From positions 1 through 40,256 of IMG/VR virus record IMGVR_UViG_3300031456_000013: a DNA stretch of 40,256 nucleotides; one strand, written 5' to 3'. How positions within the stretch are numbered: the stretch's first letter is position 1; the number at the start of each line of letters is the position of its first letter. This stretch comes from a virus. The position numbers and the translations under genes are program-made. The notes below the pieces were generated by a model that saw only the letters and a list, made by a program, of their open reading frames with translations, was not told where the DNA came from and made no database searches. Shown one piece after another: positions 1 through 6,419 of the stretch.

Positions 1-119
1 GGGATGAGATAGTGAGGAAGATGTGCACCCAGCGCTATTGTTACGTGTGCAATGGGGAAGTCAATCGCATACGGAGAAGAGGGGTGCCGAGAAAGAAGAA
101 AGGAGTTGCTGTTGCTTAG
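1..119 (+). CDS. Partial duplicate (3' end) of Zn-ribbon CDS 40108..40248, produced by the terminal repeat
   Basis: Identical to 40130..40248. Reads ...DEIVRKMCTQRYCYVCNGEVNRIRRRGVPRKKKGVAVA, with TAG at 117-119. Confidence 0.55.
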   Translation, partial: DEIVRKMCTQRYCYVCNGEVNRIRRRGVPRKKKGVAVA

Positions 120-127
120 TGACGATG
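1..127. repeat. Terminal direct repeat, copy 1 (identical to 40130..40256)
   Basis: Read directly: the first 127 nt (gggatgagatagtgaggaag...gttgcttagtgacgatg) recur base for base as the last 127 nt. Unique unit is 40129 nt. Confidence 0.95.
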
Positions 128-159
128 GTTGTGCAGTCGGGTTTAGTTTCGGGGGCAAA

Positions 160-387
160 ATGTCGCAAGAGGCTATAGATGCTAAGGTGGCGGAATACAA
201 GAGCGATGGTTGGAGGCATGTAGAGTCTGCAGGGCGGCTTGCTTTCGCTTCTGAGGACGGACGGTGGTGGCATATGTGGGACTGTGAGACTGGGCGCAGT
301 ACGTTTATCGATGCTGTGTGGCTTGCGAATTTTAACAAAGGGAAGTGTGTAGATGAATGTAAGAGTGAAGAGCATGGGACTATTTAG
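160..387 (+). CDS. Hypothetical protein (75 aa from ATG 160; the ORF frame opens at 52)
   Basis: ORF 52..387. Positions 52-119 overlap the preceding Zn-ribbon gene in another frame. ATG 160 follows a G-rich stretch (tcgggggcaaaATG). W-rich, no motif recognised. Confidence 0.5.
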   Translation: MSQEAIDAKVAEYKSDGWRHVESAGRLAFASEDGRWWHMWDCETGRSTFIDAVWLANFNKGKCVDECKSEEHGTI

Positions 388-565
388 CACTGTCTTCGTT
401 ATTTTGTTGATTTTGAAGTTGTGTGGGATGACGGGTATCTCGTGGTGGTGGGTGTTTACTCCGTTGATATTCAGTGTGGCGATTAGTGCTTTAATTTTTG
501 CTATAGTGACGATGATTGGGGTGGTGGTGTGGTTGGCTGATGATGATAATAAGAGGGTTAGATAG
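353..565 (+). CDS. Small membrane protein with two predicted TM helices (holin or exclusion size class)
   Basis: Hydrophobic stretches LFSTVFVILLILKLCGM and VFTPLIFSVAISALIFAIVTMIGVVVWL are separated by GISWWW. Charged tail DDDNKRVR. Alternative start ATG 374. Confidence 0.6.
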   Translation: MNVRVKSMGLFSTVFVILLILKLCGMTGISWWWVFTPLIFSVAISALIFAIVTMIGVVVWLADDDNKRVR

Positions 566-1200
566 TGATTGTAGACTGTATTAGCGACCTCCACGGCAGT
601 TATCCGGAGCTAGAAGGGGGGGATCTGCTTATAGTAGCAGGTGATTTGACTGCTCGAGACACATTGAAGCAGCACCAGGAGTTCCAAGCGTGGTTGATTG
701 AGCAAAAGTACACAAAAAAGGTGTTAATTGCAGGGAATCACGACGGACAATACGAAAAGAGGGTGCCATTCTACACTTTTGAGACAGGGATCTGCTATTT
801 ACAGGACAGCGGCACGCAATTCGAAGGGCTAAACATTTGGGGCTCTCCTTGGACGCCGGAATTCTATAATTGGCACTTTATGCTCCCGAGAGGACGTCAA
901 CTGCGAGAGAAATGGGACTTAATTCCTGATAACACAGATATTCTAGTGACACATGGCCCTCCGTTAGGCATACTAGATGCGACTGATAATACTGTGAACA
1001 AGACGGAGAGGTTGGGTTGCGCTGATTTGAGGGATGCTGTTGAGCGAGTGAAGCCTAGGTTGCATGTTTTTGGGCACATACACGGGGGACATGGGCAATT
1101 GATGTTGAAGCATGAGGGGCCTAATACGTTGTGTGTGAATGCGGCTATTATGGACGAGGGTTACAGGCCAAGAAACAAGCCAATTAGGGTGATTTTATGA
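565..1200 (+). CDS. Calcineurin-like metallophosphoesterase (MPPED/239FB-like by eye)
   Basis: Motifs in canonical order: DxH (ISDLHG), GD (VAGDLT), GNHD (IAGNHDG), H (VTHGPP), GHxH (FGHIHGGHG). GTG start overlaps the previous stop (TAGTG). Confidence 0.85.
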   Translation: MIVDCISDLHGSYPELEGGDLLIVAGDLTARDTLKQHQEFQAWLIEQKYTKKVLIAGNHDGQYEKRVPFYTFETGICYLQDSGTQFEGLNIWGSPWTPEFYNWHFMLPRGRQLREKWDLIPDNTDILVTHGPPLGILDATDNTVNKTERLGCADLRDAVERVKPRLHVFGHIHGGHGQLMLKHEGPNTLCVNAAIMDEGYRPRNKPIRVIL

Positions 1201-1502
1201 TAGACAAGGAGTGGAGTGTTCTGACTGTTTTGCCTAACAATGGTGATCGATGTCTTTGCTATGGGTATAAGACTTTCTGCTGTGAACAGGATATGGACGA
1301 CGAACGCGAGTGGCATGAGGTGACTTTTTCTTTTCATATGGCCTGCTACAAGTTAAAGCAAGAGATCCCTCAAGACCCCGAAGAGTCTGTTTTGGAGAGT
1401 TATGACGCAATTGAATCTTGGGACATAGGCGAGGAATTTAGTGATGGTAGGGTGATTGGGGTGACAAAATGGAAACACTTACCTAGTAAGATAGAGGAGT
1501 AG
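1197..1502 (+). CDS. Hypothetical protein, DUF551-like C-terminus
   Basis: ATGA start/stop overlap with the phosphoesterase. C-terminal VIGVTKWKHLPSK resembles the DUF551 ending (VTHWMPLP type). Weak, by recollection. Confidence 0.6.
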   Translation: MIDKEWSVLTVLPNNGDRCLCYGYKTFCCEQDMDDEREWHEVTFSFHMACYKLKQEIPQDPEESVLESYDAIESWDIGEEFSDGRVIGVTKWKHLPSKIEE

Positions 1503-1503
1503 T

Positions 1504-2475
1504 ATGAGTGAAGGGTTAGTGTATGTCGGTAAAGTCGTACAATTGGATCAGATCCCAGACGCGCACTTTATTGCTTCAGCGACTGTGGTGTGCGGGAAGG
1601 GAGGGAAATGGAGAGGGATTGTTCGCAAGGATGAGTGTAGTGTAGGTCAAGAGTGTCTAGTGTATCTGCCTGATTCTGTTGTTCCTGAGTGTGATCAGAT
1701 GCGTTTCCTAGAAAAATACAAATGGCGAGTCCGGATGTGCAAGTTCCGTGGTGCGCCGAGTGAGGTATTGATAATGCCGATTCCTGAGTATAAAATATGG
1801 GAAGTTGTGGTAGGAACGGATGTCACTGCAGCTTGTGGGGTAACACGGTACTTTAAACCGATACCAGTTCATCTTCAAGGACTTGCGAAGGGACAGTTCC
1901 CTAGTTTCATCCCTAAGACTGACGAATTGAACTACCAGCGGCATGGGGATTTAGTAGAAGCGCTGCATGGCAAGCCGTATTACATCACAGAGAAAGCAGA
2001 CGGCTCATCGACTACTGCGTATAGGTACAAGGGAGAGTTTGGTATTTGTAGCAGGAACTTGGAGCTTGTGCGGGATGAAAACAATGGCTACTGGCAGGTG
2101 GCGAAGAAATATAGTGTAGAGGATAATCTTCCAGAGGGAATAGCGTTGCAGTGGGAGACTTGCGGGCCAAAGATACAAGGCAACCCGATGGGGCTTAAGC
2201 AAGGGGATGGTTTTGCTTTCAGTGCTTATAATATTCCAGAACATAGATACCTTACAATGGACGAGTTTCTTTCCTTGTGCCATACGATTAAGTTCCCTAC
2301 GGTCAGGTTAATAGAAGTTGCGCCAGAGTTTGACAAAGAAACAGTTGAAAAACTTGGTGAAGGTACGTATTGTAATGGAAAAGAGCGAGAAGGTGTGGTC
2401 GTTAGGTCCCAGGGTAATCAGATGGGTTGTTCGCCTGTCAGTTTCAAAGTAATCAACTTAAACTATGAGAAATAA
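1504..2475 (+). CDS. ATP-dependent RNA ligase, Rnl5-like architecture (N-terminal OB-like domain + nucleotidyltransferase domain)
   Basis: Motif I KxDG (ITEKADGSS), SRN (motif Ia-like), EGVVVRS (motif IV), SFKVINLNY (motif V-like, at the C-terminus). N-terminal VGKVVQLDQIPDAHFIASATVV...LVYLPDSVVPE looks like the OB domain of DraRnl/NgrRnl-type ligases. Confidence 0.8.
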   Translation: MSEGLVYVGKVVQLDQIPDAHFIASATVVCGKGGKWRGIVRKDECSVGQECLVYLPDSVVPECDQMRFLEKYKWRVRMCKFRGAPSEVLIMPIPEYKIWEVVVGTDVTAACGVTRYFKPIPVHLQGLAKGQFPSFIPKTDELNYQRHGDLVEALHGKPYYITEKADGSSTTAYRYKGEFGICSRNLELVRDENNGYWQVAKKYSVEDNLPEGIALQWETCGPKIQGNPMGLKQGDGFAFSAYNIPEHRYLTMDEFLSLCHTIKFPTVRLIEVAPEFDKETVEKLGEGTYCNGKEREGVVVRSQGNQMGCSPVSFKVINLNYEK

Positions 2476-2812
2476 GATGTATATGACGTCAGAGCTACAA
2501 CCTTGGGAAAAGGCGCTAATGTTAAAAATTGTGGAGGATTTGATGGCTTCTTGTGATTGTGATGATGAAGACCCTCGATATGATGACGAAGATGAGGTAA
2601 ATAGCCCAGATCACTACCAGTCAGACAATGGCATGGAAGCAATAGATGTGATAGAGGAATTTAATCTCAACTTTAACCTTGGCAATGTGGTAAAGTATGT
2701 GCTGCGAGCTGGGAAGAAGAGTGACAGCACGATTATAGACCTAAAGAAGGCACTCTGGTATCTGCAAAGAGAAATACATGCGCAAGAAGAAAACTGTAGA
2801 GGAAGAGATTAA
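2465..2812 (+). CDS. DUF3310-like phage protein
   Basis: SPDHYQSDNGMEAIDVIEEF...GNVVKYVLRAGKK...DLKKALWYLQREI matches the DUF3310 pattern as I recall it. Alternative start ATG 2477. Confidence 0.7.
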   Translation: MRNKMYMTSELQPWEKALMLKIVEDLMASCDCDDEDPRYDDEDEVNSPDHYQSDNGMEAIDVIEEFNLNFNLGNVVKYVLRAGKKSDSTIIDLKKALWYLQREIHAQEENCRGRD

Positions 2813-3089
2813 TGAATTTCTAAGGGTATTTGGCCAAAGGGATTTATCTAACTTGTTAACTGACATCCTGCCTTTGTTGGAGCTGTATAATGTAGACGCT
2901 AACAATGACTGGATTCGAGATGCTGTGGGTGAAGAAGATTGTCAAAACGTAAGACTGATTAGAACTGCCTACTTGGTTTCGTGGTTCTGTGAGATGCATG
3001 TGCCGAAGCTATGTTCAGTCAGGGCGCAGTTTAAGGACTTATGGAAGAGATTAGAGAAAGAAGGGGCGGCTAATGGGCACACTACCTGA
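2778..3089 (+). CDS. Hypothetical protein
   Basis: 103-aa ORF that overlaps both neighbouring genes in the operon. No motif recognised. Confidence 0.55.
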   Translation: MRKKKTVEEEINEFLRVFGQRDLSNLLTDILPLLELYNVDANNDWIRDAVGEEDCQNVRLIRTAYLVSWFCEMHVPKLCSVRAQFKDLWKRLEKEGAANGHTT

Positions 3090-3312
3090 TGGATTCTACG
3101 ATAGTTTAGATGAGCTGGCTTCGTGGCTGAGTTCTATAGATGACAAACTGGATAAACTTATAGAGGTGGCAATGGACAAGCAAATCAAGAAGATCCAAAA
3201 GGGTACTGAGAAGCTAGTGAAAGAAGAAGGCAAGCTGCTGAAAGAAGACAAGAAGCGCGATAAAGTGTGTGCTGCGGGCGAGAAAATGATGAAAGACAAG
3301 AAGAAAAAATGA
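3073..3312 (+). CDS. Hypothetical K/E-rich coiled-coil protein
   Basis: 79-aa ORF with a lysine-rich tail (KEEGKLLKEDKKRDK...KDKKKK). Overlaps the upstream ORF by 17 nt. Confidence 0.55.
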   Translation: MGTLPDGFYDSLDELASWLSSIDDKLDKLIEVAMDKQIKKIQKGTEKLVKEEGKLLKEDKKRDKVCAAGEKMMKDKKKK

Positions 3313-3396
3313 TTCCTTCTCTTTTGTGCACGATCTTGCTAGTAGCAGCCCTAGGTCCAGAAGGAGTACCATCACCACCACCAGTGAAAGGACCTA

Positions 3397-3594
3397 ATGG
3401 ACCAGCGCAACCAAGATGAACCGGAGTATTATGTCTGCTATTGCGAAGAGTGTGCCCCAAAGGTAGAAGCTCTGATAGCGAGATTAATGACTGGCAAGAA
3501 TATCGATGAGGACAAGGTAGCGCAGCTGTCTTTCATTGCTAAGTTTGTTAGAGAAGAAAAGAACTTAATACAAGTGTCAGGCAAGCCGCATTAG
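3397..3594 (+). CDS. Hypothetical protein
   Basis: 65-aa ORF with RBS-like AAAGGA 4 nt upstream. Its last 10 nt overlap the tRNA-like element. Confidence 0.5.
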   Translation: MDQRNQDEPEYYVCYCEECAPKVEALIARLMTGKNIDEDKVAQLSFIAKFVREEKNLIQVSGKPH

Positions 3595-3656
3595 CTCAGA
3601 AGTAGAGTTCCTGTTTTGTACTCAGGCGGTGGTGGGGGCGGTACCTACATGCGGCA
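3585..3656 (+). tRNA. tRNA-Thr(UGU)-like gene with non-canonical D- and T-loops
   Basis: Hand-folded 72-nt cloverleaf:
- Acceptor stem: GCCGCAT/ATGCGGC, 7 perfect bp.
- Positions 8-9: U8, A9.
- D stem: GCTC/GAGT. D loop: AGAAGTA.
- Anticodon stem: CCTG(T)/(T)CAGG. Anticodon loop: TT-TGT-AC, with U33 and A37.
- Variable loop: CGGTG.
- T stem: GTGGG/CCTAC, keeping G53-C61. T loop: GGCGGTA instead of TTCRANY.
- Discriminator: A73. No encoded CCA. Confidence 0.45.
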
Positions 3657-3715
3657 TACTGGCCTAGCTTCGGGTTCTCGGGGCACGTACGATAGGCTGG
3701 GGGAGACTAATAAAA

Positions 3716-3756
3716 GCAGCTGGGATGTCGCGACTGGCTCGGCTGCGTCTCTTTTT
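3716..3756 (+). terminator. Putative rho-independent terminator after the tRNA-like gene
   Basis: Stem GCAGCTGGG/CTCGGCTGC (9 bp, 2 G-U pairs), 13-nt loop, then GTCTCTTTTT. Confidence 0.4.
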
Positions 3757-3769
3757 AACTAGGATCGAT

Positions 3770-4066
3770 ATGACAAAGAAACACATGCTCGTAACCACTG
3801 AAAGTATGGGCGAGTTAGGTAAATGCTTCTCCAGTCCAGAAGAGATAGTGACTTTCCTTTCACAGATGGGTCAACTTGCTAAAGAGATAACATTCGCAGC
3901 AGAGATGAGGAACAAGGTGTCGGAGAAAGATGCTGTGTATGTGTCCCTGCGTCAGGTGTGTTTGTTTACGCTATTCTGCCGAGAGCACGTTGAGTTAGTT
4001 CAGCAGCTCATCAACACCGTCAAGATACAAGAGGTTACAGATGAAGAGCTAAAGGATTTCCAATAA
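3770..4066 (+). CDS. Hypothetical protein (98 aa from ATG 3770; the ORF opens at 3725)
   Basis: The ATG at 3725 lies inside the terminator hairpin. ATG 3770 follows AGGAtcgat. No motif recognised. Confidence 0.55.
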   Translation: MTKKHMLVTTESMGELGKCFSSPEEIVTFLSQMGQLAKEITFAAEMRNKVSEKDAVYVSLRQVCLFTLFCREHVELVQQLINTVKIQEVTDEELKDFQ

Positions 4067-4084
4067 TAGTGCCGACTAGCTTGT

Positions 4085-4113
4085 TTGTCAAATATTTTCT
4101 TTAAATGTATGAT
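4085..4113 (+). promoter_or_regulatory. Sigma70-like promoter in front of the late operon
   Basis: TTGTCA (4085-4090), 17-nt spacer, TATGAT (4108-4113). GGAGG RBS at 4164-4168 precedes ATG 4176. Confidence 0.45.
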
Positions 4114-4175
4114 CCGGTTGCTGGTGATTCGAGCCAGATAACAAGATAACACGGTATTCTACTGGGAGGTAGTCT

Positions 4176-4862
4176 ATGTGTAAGGAGCATAAATACGAAT
4201 GGAAACCATGCTGCGAACAAGGGCCTCAAGGGGTTCCTGGCATGCAAGGACCACAGGGTATCCAAGGGGTACAAGGCGTACAAGGCCCAACAGGTCAAAC
4301 AGGGGCACAAGGACCACAAGGGTTACAAGGCCCAGCAGGGAAAGATTGTGATTGCGACGAACAGAGATGCCAGTGTTGCGAAGCTCATGCCAACATATTC
4401 TCTCTTATGCCACAGTCTTTAACTGCATTTGGTTCAGCTACCGATACAGTTCTCTTCCAAAGCAACAACGCTGTTAGTGCAGGGGATTTTGATCTGGCGG
4501 CTATGTCTATAAATGGCGATATCAAGTTCCTTAAAGCAGGCGTATACTATATTAATTGCGCTATCGAAGCTAAAATAGGCCCTCCTATCCCTTCGCCAGT
4601 CCCTAGCTTTAGTTTTGGTTTGTGGTTGAATGGTGTATTAGTTCCTGGCAGTGTTGTTTCCGGGTTTACTCAAGCTCCTGATGACGATACTATCCAAGTG
4701 ACTTCAGAAGTTCAAATCAATGTAGCGGCAGGTGATATTCTTAGACTGCGTAATGCTTGCTCTAGTAATGTACTGCTAATACCTAATACTGCCGGGCTAA
4801 TGTTCCCAGTGACTTTAGCTAGCATCAATATCCACTGTCTCAAGGCTGCAGCAGTAATGTAG
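4176..4862 (+). CDS. Collagen-like protein with a Cys-rich collar and a C-terminal beta-rich (BclA/C1q-like) domain
   Basis: 13 uninterrupted G-X-Y triplets (GPQGVPGMQGPQGIQGVQGVQGPTGQTGAQGPQGLQGPA). They are flanked by KPCCEQ and DCDCDEQRCQCCE. About 160 aa of beta-type C-terminal sequence follow. Confidence 0.85.
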   Translation: MCKEHKYEWKPCCEQGPQGVPGMQGPQGIQGVQGVQGPTGQTGAQGPQGLQGPAGKDCDCDEQRCQCCEAHANIFSLMPQSLTAFGSATDTVLFQSNNAVSAGDFDLAAMSINGDIKFLKAGVYYINCAIEAKIGPPIPSPVPSFSFGLWLNGVLVPGSVVSGFTQAPDDDTIQVTSEVQINVAAGDILRLRNACSSNVLLIPNTAGLMFPVTLASINIHCLKAAAVM

Positions 4863-4919
4863 TCTAAAGAGGGATGGTGCACCTCGTTAAAAACGCACCT
4901 AACAAAACATTAAGGAACA

Positions 4920-6254
4920 ATGGCTAAGATTACGATACCATATGGATACCAGCCGCGTCACTATCAAGTAAAAATTTTAAATGCATTGGATAACGGATGC
5001 CGAAATGCATGTTGGATTGTCCATAGACGGGGTGGCAAGGACACTACGATGTGGAATTACATGATTAAGCGTGCCTACTTGGAGCCGGGTCAGTATTTCT
5101 ATTTCTTGCCCACGTTTGCACAGGCTAAGAAGGTGATATGGGATGGCATGACGAACAATGGCCGCCGCATGCTGGACTACATTCCGAAAGAGATTATAGT
5201 AGGCAACCCTAACAACACCGAGATGAAGGTCTGGATTAATGGTGCGCACGGGCAGAGCTTGATTCAATTGATCGGCGGGGACAGCTACGATAACGTCATG
5301 GGAACTAATCCGCGCGGCGTTGTATTTAGCGAATGGCCCCTGATGGACCCTATGGCGTATGAGTATATCAAGCCCATCTTGGCTGCGAATGGAGGGTGGG
5401 CGTCCTTTGTCTACACTCCACGGGGCAAAGGTAACCACGGGTGGGACTTGGCAGAAATCGCTAGGAGAAATCCGGATGAGTGGTTCTTCGAGACTCTGAC
5501 TGTCAGGGATACTCAAGTACTTACGGAAGAGCAAATTGATTCCGAAAGGCGTAAGGGTATGCCGGAGGACTTGATCCAACAAGAGTTCTACTGTAACTTT
5601 GATCGAGGTCAAGAGGGAAGCTACTACGGGCGCCAGATGGATGACTTGCGTAAGAAGGGCCAGATAGCGAAGGTGCCATATGACCCAGCTGTTCCTGTTA
5701 GGACATACTGGGACCTGGGAATTGGAGACAGCACAGCAATTTGGTTCGCTCAGTTCGTTGGAAAGGAAATTCATCTTATTAACTACTATGAGCAGAATGG
5801 TGAAGGATTAAGTCACTATGCGAGGATTTTGGATGAGTTTCGGAGAGAAACCGGATGCGTGTATGACCTAAATGTTGCTCCACATGACATTCAAGCCAGG
5901 GAGATGACAACAGGGATGACAAGACTCGAAACAGCTCGTCGGTTAGGGCTGAACTTCCGTGTTGCACCAAAGTTGAGCTTAGAATCTGGGATAGAAGCTG
6001 TCCGTATGACTCTCGCAAGATGCTGGTTTGATGAAAAGAGATGCGAATTGGGCCTGAAGTGTCTGTCGAACTACCGGAAGATGTACAACGAAAAGTACCG
6101 GGTTTATTCTGACAAGCCCCATCATGACAATTCAAGTCACGGGGCCGACGCGTTTCGGATGATGGCGATAACAGAGAATCAGTTCCGTCCTGACCGTGGT
6201 GTTGATGATGTGGACTATGATCGGATGAAGAATCTTTGGGGATGGAAGGTTTAA
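4920..6254 (+). CDS. terL: Terminase large subunit
   Basis: Walker A-like HRRGGKDTT. RNaseH-like nuclease motifs YWDLGIGDSTAIWF and HDNSSHGADAFRMM. 444 aa, upstream of the portal gene. Confidence 0.92.
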   Translation: MAKITIPYGYQPRHYQVKILNALDNGCRNACWIVHRRGGKDTTMWNYMIKRAYLEPGQYFYFLPTFAQAKKVIWDGMTNNGRRMLDYIPKEIIVGNPNNTEMKVWINGAHGQSLIQLIGGDSYDNVMGTNPRGVVFSEWPLMDPMAYEYIKPILAANGGWASFVYTPRGKGNHGWDLAEIARRNPDEWFFETLTVRDTQVLTEEQIDSERRKGMPEDLIQQEFYCNFDRGQEGSYYGRQMDDLRKKGQIAKVPYDPAVPVRTYWDLGIGDSTAIWFAQFVGKEIHLINYYEQNGEGLSHYARILDEFRRETGCVYDLNVAPHDIQAREMTTGMTRLETARRLGLNFRVAPKLSLESGIEAVRMTLARCWFDEKRCELGLKCLSNYRKMYNEKYRVYSDKPHHDNSSHGADAFRMMAITENQFRPDRGVDDVDYDRMKNLWGWKV

Positions 6255-6419
6255 TAGCCTCTAGCAGCTTGATAAATTCACCAGCCAGATTATGCATATC
6301 CGTGGCTAGCCTGCTTACTACTCCTGAGAGAAGAGTAACGTCTGTTTTACTAGCAAAATCGTTCATCATATCCTTCTTTTCGATACACAATAGCTCCCCA
6401 CGTAATTTCTCATCAACAT

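Noticed and set aside
52-159. N-terminal extension of ORF 52..387
   Set aside because: The extension overlaps the end of the Zn-ribbon gene in another frame and reads poorly (GEEGCRERRKELLLLSDDGC). The internal ATG at 160 is preferred.
3585-3656. The tRNA-like element as the attP core for the recombinase
   Set aside because: attP cores normally carry only a 3' tRNA fragment and sit beside int. This is a full cloverleaf about 7 kb away from int around the circle. I keep it as a minor alternative but do not call it.
3662-3697. Second tRNA or structured RNA just after the tRNA-like gene (GCCTA...TAGGC stem)
   Set aside because: Only one 5-bp outer stem could be drawn. The interior (GCTTCGGGTTCTCGGGGCACG) does not fold into D, anticodon or T arms.
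4977-6390. Long minus-strand ORFs 4977..5774 (265 aa) and 5779..6390 (203 aa) antisense to terL
   Set aside because: They lie almost entirely inside the well-supported terL frame and translate to low-complexity S/P/H-rich sequence. Only the first ~45 codons of 5779..6390 (MMNDFASKTDVTLLSGVVSRLATDMHNLAGEFIKLLEA, preceded by AAGAAGGA) fall in the 6255-6419 gap and look protein-like. A short convergent gene there cannot be excluded, but the ORF has no stop before entering terL.
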